NCBI GenBank assembly: GCA_963783155.1 | Contig: CAWANC010000018.1 | Span: 237,209-301,208, forward strand | Reading direction: 5' to 3' | Length of the DNA stretch: 64,000 nucleotides | Origin: an uncultured Acidobacteriota bacterium | GTDB taxonomy: Bacteria > Acidobacteriota > Terriglobia > UBA7540 | Part shown: positions 38,232 to 47,322 of the stretch, piece by piece | Numbering within the stretch: position 1 is the first letter of the stretch | How the letters are laid out: each line of letters begins with the position of its first letter | Made by a program: the position numbers and the translations under genes | Notes under the pieces: generated by a model | Seen by the model: the letters and a program-made list of their open reading frames with translations, nothing else | What the model was told of the DNA's origin: nothing | The model's database searches: none

Positions 38232-39152
38232 ATGGCAGACCTTCCTGCTTACGTCATTATCACTCCGGCGCGGAATGAGGCGGAGTTCATTGAACTGACC
38301 TTGAAGTCGGTGGTGGCGCAGACCGTCAAGCCGATCAAATGGGTGATCGTCAGTGACGGCTCAACCGACGGCACGGACGAAATCGTCAGCCGGTACGCGG
38401 CCGAATACCCGTGGATTGAGCTGGTGCGGATGCCCGAGCGCCGCGAGCGCCATTTTGCGGGGAAGGTTTACGCGTTCAATGCAGGCTGTTCCCGCGTGAA
38501 GGACCTGGATTACGCGGCGATCGTCAGCATGGACGCCGACATTTCTTTCGAAGAAGACTACTTAGCGTTTCTCCTCGGCAAATTCGTGGAGAATCCAAGC
38601 TTGGGGCTGGCCGGCACATCCTACTTGCAGGAGGGAGTGACTTACGATTTCCGGTATAGCAGCACCGAAGATGTGGCAGGCGCCTGTCAGATCTTTCGTC
38701 GTGAATGCTTCGAATCCATCGGGGGTTACATGCCTGTAAAGTCCGGCGGAATCGACTTGGTTGCGGGTCTGTGTGCACGGTCCAAAGGGTGGCAAACGAG
38801 AACCTTCGTGAAGAAGGTTTGCGTTCATCACGGTCTCAGCCGAAGCTACTGGAATCCCCAAAAGGGCGCCATCCAGTACACCGCATACCAGGGGAGAATC
38901 GAGTTAGGACGCAAGGACTATTTGCTTGGCAGCCATCCCGTCTGGGAGGTTTTCCGTTGCATTTACCAGATGCGGCGCAAGCCCATTTTCATCGGCGGTG
39001 CCCTGATGGCGGCAGCTTACTTCTGGGACCTGATGAGGGGTGTGGAACGATCCATACCGGAAGACCTCATTCAACTTCGTCAAAGGGACCAGATGGTCCG
39101 GCTGAAGAGTTTCTTCCTGAGAGGGGCCCATAGCCAGGCTCAGGTTGATTAA
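38232..39152 (+). CDS. Family-2 glycosyltransferase
   Basis: From ATG 38232: AYVIITPARNEAEFIELTLKSVVAQTVKPIKWVIVSDGSTDGTDEIV...VSMDADI is the GT2 (GT-A) signature including a DxD-like motif. Confidence 0.85.
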   Translation: MADLPAYVIITPARNEAEFIELTLKSVVAQTVKPIKWVIVSDGSTDGTDEIVSRYAAEYPWIELVRMPERRERHFAGKVYAFNAGCSRVKDLDYAAIVSMDADISFEEDYLAFLLGKFVENPSLGLAGTSYLQEGVTYDFRYSSTEDVAGACQIFRRECFESIGGYMPVKSGGIDLVAGLCARSKGWQTRTFVKKVCVHHGLSRSYWNPQKGAIQYTAYQGRIELGRKDYLLGSHPVWEVFRCIYQMRRKPIFIGGALMAAAYFWDLMRGVERSIPEDLIQLRQRDQMVRLKSFFLRGAHSQAQVD

Positions 39153-39333
39153 AGGCCGTGTTTGACACCAAGTCTTCTGAGGCCAGCACACAAACTGAGC
39201 GCTTGGAATGGGCAACCTTCGCCAACTTGAAACCAACTTCCCTGTGGCTGGAACCAGCACAGAAGCAGCGGAAATAAATTGTCCCATGAAATCCTGAGGA
39301 GAGGGCATCGTAACCGTGTGGGGAAATCACTCT

Positions 39334-40191
39334 ATGTCTGAACCCGTAACTCTATCGGTCAAGTATGGCGACCTGGGCGAGCGGACGGTCGCGAACTCTG
39401 GAGGAACGCATGCGGGCGTTCTCATCATCAACGCCGACGACTGGGGCCGCGACTTTCTGACCACGGACCGGACGCTGGATTGTCTCCTTCGGGGAACGGT
39501 TTCATCCGTCAGCGCTATGGTCTTCATGAAAGATTCAGAGCGATCGGCAGACGTCGCCTGGGAGCGGGGCATTGACGCCGGTCTGCATTTGAACCTGACA
39601 ACACCATTTTCGTCGTCACAGCGTCCCGCCGGGCTTGCGGAGCGCCAGAGGAACGTGGCGGCCTACCTGAGCAGGAACCGTTTTTCGCAGGTGGTCTTTA
39701 ACCCCCTGCTGGCCAAATCCTTTGAGTATGTAGTGCGGGCCCAGATCGAAGAGTATTGCCGGCTGTACGGAGCGCTGCCCGAAAGGATCGACGGCCATCA
39801 TCACATGCACCTTTGTGCCAACGTCATCTGGGGAGGACTGCTGCCATCCGGGACCACGGTGCGGCGAAACTTCTCATTTCAACCCGGCGAAAAGAGCTTG
39901 TGGAACCGGCTCTACCGGCAGGCTTTGGACTTCCAACTGGCGCGGAGCCACCGCATGACCGACTACTTTCTTTCCCTGGTGCCCTTCGACTCGCTGGATC
40001 GCTTGCAACAAATCTTCTCGCTGGCCAGGCGGCACGTGGTGGAAGTGGAGACGCATCCTGTGAACGCGCAGGAATATCGGTTCCTGTTGGGAGACGAGAT
40101 CTTCCGGCAAACAGGGGACCTGCGGATTGCTCCGCGATACGTCGCGAGGGCAAACGGGCAAGCGAAGAATTGTTTTCCGGGCATGATTTAA
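39334..40191 (+). CDS. YdjC/ChbG/HpnK-family carbohydrate deacetylase
   Basis: LIINADDWGRD...TDRTLDCLLRGTVSSVSAMV...GLHLNLT...DGHHHMH, typical of the YdjC-like family. Confidence 0.8.
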   Translation: MSEPVTLSVKYGDLGERTVANSGGTHAGVLIINADDWGRDFLTTDRTLDCLLRGTVSSVSAMVFMKDSERSADVAWERGIDAGLHLNLTTPFSSSQRPAGLAERQRNVAAYLSRNRFSQVVFNPLLAKSFEYVVRAQIEEYCRLYGALPERIDGHHHMHLCANVIWGGLLPSGTTVRRNFSFQPGEKSLWNRLYRQALDFQLARSHRMTDYFLSLVPFDSLDRLQQIFSLARRHVVEVETHPVNAQEYRFLLGDEIFRQTGDLRIAPRYVARANGQAKNCFPGMI

Positions 40192-40277
40192 TGACAGGGT
40201 GTAAAATTTACGCGATGTTCCAAAATTGAACATGTTTTTGATTTTAGTTAATTTTCAGGCACTAAAAATTTTAATAA

Positions 40278-40293
40278 GTTGATTATTATCAAC
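40278..40293. promoter_or_regulatory. Perfect 6-4-6 palindrome GTTGAT-TATT-ATCAAC inside an AT-rich island (candidate operator)
   Basis: Read directly. It sits in the 22-28% GC stretch 40201-40320, between the deacetylase gene and the FemAB-like gene. Confidence 0.3.
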
Positions 40294-40394
40294 ATTTTAC
40301 GATTTTATAGTTTCTGGAGCTTGAAAATCCCATACGTCCCAAAACAGCCGGAAAAAGGCCGAAAATAGCCTACATTAGGAGGCTATAAAATCTC

Positions 40395-40439
40395 GCCGCC
40401 CGCCCCGGGTTTCTGGCGGGGCACCGGCGGGCGGGCGGC
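40395..40439 (+). other. GC-rich 11-bp stem-loop immediately upstream of the 40472 gene
   Basis: GCCGCCCGCCC (40395-40405) pairs with GGGCGGGCGGC (40429-40439). The loop contains a nested GCCCC/GGGGC pair. No U-tract follows. Confidence 0.4.
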
Positions 40440-40471
40440 TGATCTCCACATTCAGGAAAGGTTATTCACCG

Positions 40472-41365
40472 ATGGAAGTTTGTGGCAAGCAGGTAAAGTT
40501 TCGCGGAAAGCTGGTTCGCATTGCCTATCTTGACGCGGAAGGCTACCAGTTTCCGGAGGATCCGGAAGCTGTTGTGGCATCGCTCCGAAGCTCCCGGAAG
40601 CATGCGGACATTTTCACCTTTATTCAAAGGCTTTCCAGCCGCTCGCCCGAGCACGGCTATCCGATGGAGTGGGACAACTTTGCCGTCCTGCCCATCACGA
40701 CCTACGATGAATGGACTGCCAACCAGGTGAATAACAAGACAAGGAACATGATTCGGAAGGCTGAGAGGAAGGGAGTCACCCTGCGCGAGATGCCGTTCGA
40801 TGACGTGCTCATTCGGGGAATCCATGCCATTTACAACGAATCGCCCTTCCGCCAGGGCAGGCCGTACCGGCATTACGGCAAGGACCTCGAGACCGTGCAC
40901 GGTTTGGAGGCAACCTACCTTGACCAGAGCATCTTTATCGGCGCGTTTTTCGAGGGGGAGATGATTGGCTTTGTGAAGCTGGTGACCGACGAGAAGCGGA
41001 TCCAGGCGGGCCTGATAAATATTGTTTCTATGCACCGGCACCGGGACAAGGCCCCGACGAATGCGCTGATTGCGCAGGCCGTCCGATCCTGCGCCGACCG
41101 GAATATCCCCAGCCTCTGGTACGCGAATTTCTCGTATGGCAAGCGGGAAGGGGACACCCTGGCCGACTTCAAGAAACACAACGGGTTCCAGAAAGTCGAG
41201 GTTCCCAGATACTACGTTCCGCTGACCCTTGCGGGGCGCGCGGCCCTTCGGCTGGGCCTCCACCGCAGTCTTCTGGAGTGGATTCCTGCCTCGGCCATGG
41301 TTCAATACCGCAAGATTCGCAGTTTGTGGTACGCAAAAAAATTCCCCGGCCTGGGAAACGCTTAA
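40472..41365 (+). CDS. FemAB-like / GNAT (Acetyltransf_6-type) protein, copy 1
   Basis: NKTRNMIRKAERKGVTLREM....IHAIYNESP.RQG.......L........IFIGAFFEGEMIGFVKLV......AGLINIVS....RDKAPTNALIAQAV......NIPSLWYANFSYG...GDTLADFKKHNGF matches the pattern of FemAB-related EPS-associated proteins. Confidence 0.65.
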   Translation: MEVCGKQVKFRGKLVRIAYLDAEGYQFPEDPEAVVASLRSSRKHADIFTFIQRLSSRSPEHGYPMEWDNFAVLPITTYDEWTANQVNNKTRNMIRKAERKGVTLREMPFDDVLIRGIHAIYNESPFRQGRPYRHYGKDLETVHGLEATYLDQSIFIGAFFEGEMIGFVKLVTDEKRIQAGLINIVSMHRHRDKAPTNALIAQAVRSCADRNIPSLWYANFSYGKREGDTLADFKKHNGFQKVEVPRYYVPLTLAGRAALRLGLHRSLLEWIPASAMVQYRKIRSLWYAKKFPGLGNA

Positions 41366-41440
41366 AAGGAGTTCCGGGGCGGGGAACGGCGGCCAGGCGC
41401 CGCCAGGTTCAAATTCGAAAGACGACGGTTAAAAACATTT

Positions 41441-43222
41441 ATGCCTGGAATTGTGGGTTTCATTACGAAAGCACCGCGCGAAAGCGCTGAGCCGCAACTG
41501 CGCCGGATGGTGCAGTCGATTTGCCACGAATCCTTTTACACGACGGGAACGTGGATCGACGAGTCCCTGGGCGTTTATGTGGGGTGGGTCGCACAGAAAA
41601 GTTCCTTTTCTGACGGCATGCCTCTCCTCAACGAACGGGGGGACGTGGTGCTGGTGTTTGCCGGGGAAGATCATCCCGAGCCGGGGACAGCCGCGCGGCT
41701 CAAGAGCCGTGGACATCATCTGGAGGAGAAAGGTCCCTCCTACCTGGTCCACCTTTATGAAGAATATCCTGAGTTTCCGGCGGGCCTGAACGGAAAGTTC
41801 CACGGGCTGGTGATTGACCGGCGGCAGGCGAGGGCGCTTCTTTTCAACGATCGTTACGGGATGCACCGGCTCTACTTCCACGAGTCGGCGGACACCTTCT
41901 ATTTTGCGGTGGAAGCCAAGGCCATCCTGGCCGTCCGGCCGGAGTTGCGCAAGCTGGACATGCAGGGGATGGGCGAGTTTGTGGGCTGCAGCTGCCCGCT
42001 GGAGAACCGGACGATATTTAAGGGCATCAACCTGGTTCCGGGCGGCGCCGCGTGGGAATTCCGGAACGGGCCGGTCCCTGAAAAGCGCTTTTATTTCGAG
42101 ACTCGCGAATGGGAAGAGCAGGATCCCCTGAGCGCCGAGGAATACTACCAGGAGCTGCGCGACGCCTTTTCGCGCAACCTGGACCGCTATTTTAACGGCA
42201 GCCAGAAAGTCGGAGTTTCTCTCACCGGCGGCATGGACACGCGGGTGATTATGGCCTGGCGGAAGGCCCTGCCCGGCTCGCTGCCCTGCTATACCTACGG
42301 GGGAATGTTCCGCGACTGCCGCGACGTGCGGGTGGCCCGGCACGTGGCCGGAGTCTGTAAGCAGCCTTACAGCGTGGTCACGGTGGGCGACGAGTTTCTT
42401 TCGAATTTTCCCCACTACGCCGAGCGCAGCATGTATTTGAGCGACGGAGGCGTCCATGTCCACCGGGCTGCCGACCTGTATGTCAGCGAAAAGGCCCGGG
42501 AGATTGCCCCGGTCAGGATTGTAGGAACCTTCGCCAGCGAGGTGCTGACCCATGTGCCCATGTTCAAGCCGGTGGATCCCATGCCCGGGCTCTTCCAGCC
42601 CGAAGTGTGCTCCAGCGTCCGGCAGGCGAGGACGACCTATGCGGGGCTTCGCCGGTGCCATCCTGTCACTTTCGCCGCTTTTCAGCAGTTGCCCTGGTGG
42701 CACTACGGACTTCTGGCGCTCGAGCAGAGCCAGCTCACGGTCCGCTCTCCTTACATGGACAACGATTTTGTCCGGGTGGTTTACCGGGAGCCGAAGTCGC
42801 TGGACATGACGCGTGACGTTCGCTGGCGGATGATCTGCGACGGGGACCCGGTGCTGGGCCGGATTCCGAGCGACCGCGGCGTCAACGAATTAAAGGGGGG
42901 GCTTTCCACCGCGGCCTCCCGGGCCTTTCACGAGTTTACCTTCAAGGCGGAATACGCTTACGACTACGGCATGCCCCAGTGGCTGGCCAGGATCGATCAT
43001 TTCTTTTCGCCGCTGCACTTTGAAAAGCTTTTTCTGGGGCGGCACAAGTTTGCCCACTATCGCATCTGGTACCGCGACTTCCTTTCCCAATACGTCCGGG
43101 AGATGCTGCTGGATTCGCGCAGCCTCTCGAGGCCCTACGTGGAACGCAAGGGGCTGGAAGCCGTGGTGCAAGGCCACCTCAGAGGCGACCGCAACTACAC
43201 CCGGAGCTGCATACGCTGCTGA
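41441..43222 (+). CDS. Asparagine synthetase B-like amidoligase lacking the N-terminal catalytic Cys
   Basis: MPGIVGFI replaces the canonical MCGI (codon 2 is CCT). A glutaminase-domain-like fold follows (LNERGDVVLVFAGE, YLVHLYEE). The synthetase domain has a PP-loop-like VGVSLTGGMDTR. Confidence 0.85.
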   Translation: MPGIVGFITKAPRESAEPQLRRMVQSICHESFYTTGTWIDESLGVYVGWVAQKSSFSDGMPLLNERGDVVLVFAGEDHPEPGTAARLKSRGHHLEEKGPSYLVHLYEEYPEFPAGLNGKFHGLVIDRRQARALLFNDRYGMHRLYFHESADTFYFAVEAKAILAVRPELRKLDMQGMGEFVGCSCPLENRTIFKGINLVPGGAAWEFRNGPVPEKRFYFETREWEEQDPLSAEEYYQELRDAFSRNLDRYFNGSQKVGVSLTGGMDTRVIMAWRKALPGSLPCYTYGGMFRDCRDVRVARHVAGVCKQPYSVVTVGDEFLSNFPHYAERSMYLSDGGVHVHRAADLYVSEKAREIAPVRIVGTFASEVLTHVPMFKPVDPMPGLFQPEVCSSVRQARTTYAGLRRCHPVTFAAFQQLPWWHYGLLALEQSQLTVRSPYMDNDFVRVVYREPKSLDMTRDVRWRMICDGDPVLGRIPSDRGVNELKGGLSTAASRAFHEFTFKAEYAYDYGMPQWLARIDHFFSPLHFEKLFLGRHKFAHYRIWYRDFLSQYVREMLLDSRSLSRPYVERKGLEAVVQGHLRGDRNYTRSCIRC

Positions 43223-43292
43223 GCCTGGAGCTCCTGCACCGCCAGTTCATTGACGTGCAATAGACGGTCTTTTCTACCCCAGGTCATTCTTT

Positions 43293-44697
43293 ATGAGTTC
43301 TGTTGCCACTCTCGTTTTCGGGTTTGGAATCCTGGCGCTTTTTGCGCTTTACCGGGACCCCAGGTCGCGGCCTTCACCGGCCCTGTGGATTTCCACCATC
43401 TGGATCCTGCTGGCGGCCTCGCGGATGGTTTCTCTGTGGTTCGGGAACCAGGCTGACGTGGTGCGGACCGCGAGCCAGGTGGGGGAAGGCAGCCCTATCG
43501 ACAGCGTCATCCTGGCGGGGCTGCTGATGGCCGGGATGATTGTCCTGTCGTGCCGGATGCGCCGGGTGGTTCGGGTGCTGAAAATGAACTGGCCCCTGCT
43601 GGCCTTTTTCGGCTATTGCGCCGTCAGCACAATGTGGTCGGACACTCCCGGAGTGGCGCTGAAAAGGTGGGTGAAGGCGACCGGCGACGTGGTGATGGTG
43701 CTGATTATTCTGACCGACCGGAACCGGATGGAAGCGATCAAGCGGACCATCACACGGGTGGCTTTTATCCTGATGCCGCTTTCGGTGCTGCTGATCGAAT
43801 TCTATCCTTCCCTGGGGCGCGCCTACAGTCTTGAAGACGGCGATTATACCTACACGGGCGTCACCACCAACAAGAACCTGCTCGGCGTCCTCTGCCTGGT
43901 GGTGGGGCTGGGCTGCTTCTGGCTTTTCATCAAGGCGCTGCGGGACAAGCGGCGAAAGGTCCGGCCTCTGCTGGCCCTGGGAGTCGCCCTGGCTGTCATC
44001 GCCTGGCTTTTTGTGGTGGCCAACTCGATTACTCCCTTGTTCTGTTTCCTGATGGGCGCGACGCTGATTGTGATGGTGAATCTGCCCGGAAGTCAACGGG
44101 CGTCCAACGTGCATATGGTTGTGGCGGCAATGGTGTCCGCTCGCGGCCCTGATTTTCATTTTTCCTGAAATCTTTACTTCCATCATTCACCTGTTTGGAC
44201 GGAACTCCACGCTGACGGGCCGCACCGACCTGTGGAAAGCGCTGATTGCCATGGACACCCATCCGTGGCTGGGGACGGGATTTGAGAGTTTCTGGCTGGG
44301 GAGCCGGCTGGAACAACTCTGGAGCATTTTCCCGTGGCAGCCCAACGAGGCCCATAACGGTTATCTGGAAGTTTACCTGAACCTGGGATTGGCCGGGGTG
44401 GGCCTGCTGCTGGTCTTGCTGGGTACGGGCTACCGGCACCTGGTGGCCGTCTACCGGCAGGACCGGATGGCCGGCAGCCTGAGGCTGGCTTACTTTGCCG
44501 CCGCCGTGGCCTACAGTTTTTCAGAGGCCGGGTTCCGGATGCTCGATCCCATGTGGATTTTTCTCCTGCTGGCGATTATTGCGGTGCCCGGCGGGGCCGC
44601 CGGCCGGCAAGTGGAGCTGCCTCTGGACGCCTCGCAGGAGTTCGTTCCCGTGGAAGTGGTGCCACACGATGAGCTGGTTTACGGGAGGGTCCGTTGA
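43293..44697 (+). CDS. O-antigen ligase / Wzy-type polymerase family membrane protein; apparent frameshift near 44140
   Basis: Multi-TM ORF 43293..44168 joins to 44119..44697. The second part holds the Wzy_C-type loop LTGRTDLWKALIAMDTHPWLGTGFESFW...NEAHNGYLEVYLNLGLAG. The junction reads ...VVAAMVS then LAALIFIFPE. Confidence 0.8.
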
Positions 44698-46316
44698 GGC
44701 CATTTGACCGAGAAGGAAAGTTCCATCCGGTGGCCGACGGCCACGTCGAGTTGCGCCGCCTTGCAGTGCGTGGCGCCGGCGCCGCCGTCTCCGCCCAGGG
44801 CCTCTCCCTGGTCGTCCAGATGGTGGCCACGGTGGTTCTGGCGCGACTGCTGCTGCCCTCGGACTTCGGCGTGGTGGCCATGGTGACCACGGTCAGCCTG
44901 CTGATCATGAATTTCGGGCTGAACGGGTTTACGGAAGCGGTGGTGCAGACCGACGAGATCAGCCACGCGCTGGCTTCGAACCTTTTCTGGATCAACCTGG
45001 TCGCCAGCTTTCTGCTGACGGTGGCGTTTGCGGCCGCCGGCTCGCTGCTGGCCCGGTTTTACGGCGACCCGCGGGTGACCGTGGTGTCCATCGGGGTTTC
45101 GCTGACCATCTTCATCACCGGCGCCTCGGTGCTGCACCTGGCGCTGCTGAAGCGGGCCATGGAATTTCCGGCGCTTGCCGTCAACAACATTGTGGCCCGC
45201 AGTGCCGCGGTTGCCGTATCCGTTATTCTCGCCTTGATGGGATGGGGATACTGGGCGCTGGTGGCCGGAGTCATCGCCCTGCCGCTCAGCATCTCCGCCG
45301 GCGCATTTCTCCTTTGCCCGTGGGTCCCCGGCCTTCCGCGGCGCGCCGACGGAACCGCCAAACTGGTGCGGTTTGCCATCAACGTTTTCGGCCATTTCAC
45401 GGTGAACTATTTTGCCCGCAACATGGACAACATCCTGGTGGGGTGGCGCTTCGGCGCGGGGCCGCTGGGCTTCTACAAGAAGGCCTATGACCTGTTCGCG
45501 CTTTCTTCCGCCCAGCTCGTATCGCCGCTGTCGGGGGTTGCCGTTTCGGCCTTGAGCCGGTTGAAGGATGACGCGCTGCAATACCGGCGGTATTTCCTGA
45601 GGTCGCTGGCGCTTCTGGCTTTTGTGGGCATGGGCGTGGGCGCGGACCTGTGCCTGGTGGGCAAAGACGTCATCCGCGTGGTGCTGGGCCCGGGATGGGG
45701 CGAGGCCGGCCAGATTTTTGTTTTCTTCGGGCCGGGAATCGGCGTCATGCTGCTTTATTACACCCACGGGTGGATCCACCTTTCCATCGGCACCCCCAAC
45801 CGCTGGTTTCGCTGGGGAATCGTCGAATTTGTTGTGACGGGCCTGCTGTTTGTTCTGGGACTGCATTGGGGGGCGGTGGGTGTCGCGGCGGCCTGGACGG
45901 TGTCATTCTGGATCCTGCTGCTGCCGTCGTTCTGGTACGCCGGAAAGCCCATCGGCTTTGGAGTGAGGCCCGTGCTGGAGACCATCTGGCGGTACATCGC
46001 GGCCGCGCTGGCAGCGACCGGGGCGTGTGTCTGGCTGGTGTGGCATTCCCATCCCTTCGGCGCAGAAACGGGGATCGGGGGGGCCCTGGCCCGGATGACC
46101 ACCGTTTCACTTCTGTTCGGGATTTTCTACCTGATCGCCGTGGTGGCTTTGTACCGCAGCCTGGAACCTCTTTATCAGGTGGTGAAGCTTTTGCCGGAGA
46201 TGCTCCCGTCGCGCCGCCCGCGGAAGCCGGCTGCCGCCGCCCCGCAGGGCGGGATTCCCGCAGTCGCCGTGTTCAAAATGGGCGGCGAAGAAATCGCCGA
46301 ATCGGGTGGAAGGTGA
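44694..46316 (+). CDS. wzx: Wzx-type polysaccharide flippase (MOP/polysaccharide biosynthesis protein family)
   Basis: 540-aa multi-TM protein starting ...RGAGAAVSAQGLSLVVQMVATVVLARLLLPSDFGVVAMV.., typical of Wzx/RfbX N-termini. The start codon is uncertain. Confidence 0.85.
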   Translation: MRPFDREGKFHPVADGHVELRRLAVRGAGAAVSAQGLSLVVQMVATVVLARLLLPSDFGVVAMVTTVSLLIMNFGLNGFTEAVVQTDEISHALASNLFWINLVASFLLTVAFAAAGSLLARFYGDPRVTVVSIGVSLTIFITGASVLHLALLKRAMEFPALAVNNIVARSAAVAVSVILALMGWGYWALVAGVIALPLSISAGAFLLCPWVPGLPRRADGTAKLVRFAINVFGHFTVNYFARNMDNILVGWRFGAGPLGFYKKAYDLFALSSAQLVSPLSGVAVSALSRLKDDALQYRRYFLRSLALLAFVGMGVGADLCLVGKDVIRVVLGPGWGEAGQIFVFFGPGIGVMLLYYTHGWIHLSIGTPNRWFRWGIVEFVVTGLLFVLGLHWGAVGVAAAWTVSFWILLLPSFWYAGKPIGFGVRPVLETIWRYIAAALAATGACVWLVWHSHPFGAETGIGGALARMTTVSLLFGIFYLIAVVALYRSLEPLYQVVKLLPEMLPSRRPRKPAAAAPQGGIPAVAVFKMGGEEIAESGGR

Positions 46317-46401
46317 TTCACATGCGAACGTCAAATAACCGATGACTTAGGGGTAGCCTTCAGGAAGGAAGGGGCAACTTGTGATCGGGCCTCATAAAAA
46401 C

Positions 46402-47307
46402 ATGCCAAAAAAAACAGAACATATCTCCGTTTGCATCTGTACCTACAGGCGTCCCGAGCTGCTCCAGGGGCTGCTGGAAAACCTGAAGAATCAGGTGACC
46501 GATGACCTGTTTGCCTATTCCATTGTGGTGGTGGACAACGACCGGCAACGATCCGCCGAACCCGTCGTGTCGCATTTTGCCGCCAGCGCTCTGATCCCCA
46601 TTCTCTATTGCATGGAGCCTGAGCAGAACATTCCGAAGGCGCGGAACAGAGCCGTGGCAAATGCCAGCGGCGACTACGTGGCTTTTATTGACGACGATGA
46701 GTTTCCGACCGAGACCTGGCTGCTCACCTTATATGAGGCTTGCCAGCGATATGAGGCGGACGGAGTTCTCGGACCCGTCAATCCACACTTCGACGAAGAG
46801 CCGCCGAAGTGGATTCGCTTAGGCAAGTACTGGCAAAGGACGGCTTACCCGACGGGGACAATCATCGACGGGAGGAATGGGCGGACCGGCAACGTCCTTC
46901 TGAAGAGAGAAGTTTTCCCCGCAGGCGAAGAACCTTTTCGGCCGGAGTTCCGGACAGGAGAAGACAAGGACTTCTTCACAAGGATGATCGAAGCGGGGCG
47001 CACCTTCGTCTGGTGCCAGGAGGCCGTGGTTTACGAGACTGTTCCTCCCGCGCGATGGAAGCGTTCGTTCATTTTAAAAAGAAGTTTGCTGCAAGGCAGC
47101 GTCAGCCCGCTGCATCGGACTTTCGGCGAGGCCAGGATTGCGAAGTCATTGCTTGCGGTTCCGGCATACGCGGTGCTGCTGCCGTTCGCGGCCATCGTGG
47201 GGCATCACGTGTTGATGAACCTTCTGGCCAAACTCGTCTGGCACCTCGGCAATGTCCTTTCCTTTCTGGGCATAAGAGTTATCAACGTCCCGTACGTTAC
47301 AGATTAG
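46402..47307 (+). CDS. Family-2 glycosyltransferase
   Basis: ISVCICTYRRPELLQGLLENLKNQ...YSIVVVDND...FIDDDEF is the GT2 signature with DDD motif. The ATG at 46402 was chosen within the 46381 ORF. Confidence 0.85.
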   Translation: MPKKTEHISVCICTYRRPELLQGLLENLKNQVTDDLFAYSIVVVDNDRQRSAEPVVSHFAASALIPILYCMEPEQNIPKARNRAVANASGDYVAFIDDDEFPTETWLLTLYEACQRYEADGVLGPVNPHFDEEPPKWIRLGKYWQRTAYPTGTIIDGRNGRTGNVLLKREVFPAGEEPFRPEFRTGEDKDFFTRMIEAGRTFVWCQEAVVYETVPPARWKRSFILKRSLLQGSVSPLHRTFGEARIAKSLLAVPAYAVLLPFAAIVGHHVLMNLLAKLVWHLGNVLSFLGIRVINVPYVTD

Positions 47308-47322
47308 AAGTTCGGAGAGAGC

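Noticed and set aside
40201-40330. Several sigma-70-like hexamer pairs (for example TTGAAC-N17-TAATTT) in the AT-rich island
   Set aside because: In sequence of about 25% GC such hexamers arise by chance, and no single pair stands out. Only the island itself and its palindromes are reported.
41429-42703. 424-aa minus-strand ORF
   Set aside because: It is antisense to the AsnB-like gene and has no protein-like features. The same reasoning applies to 43374..44186(-), 44679..45866(-), 54685..55653(-) and 56900..58153(-), which lie opposite wzy, wzx, the CapK-like gene and hemA.
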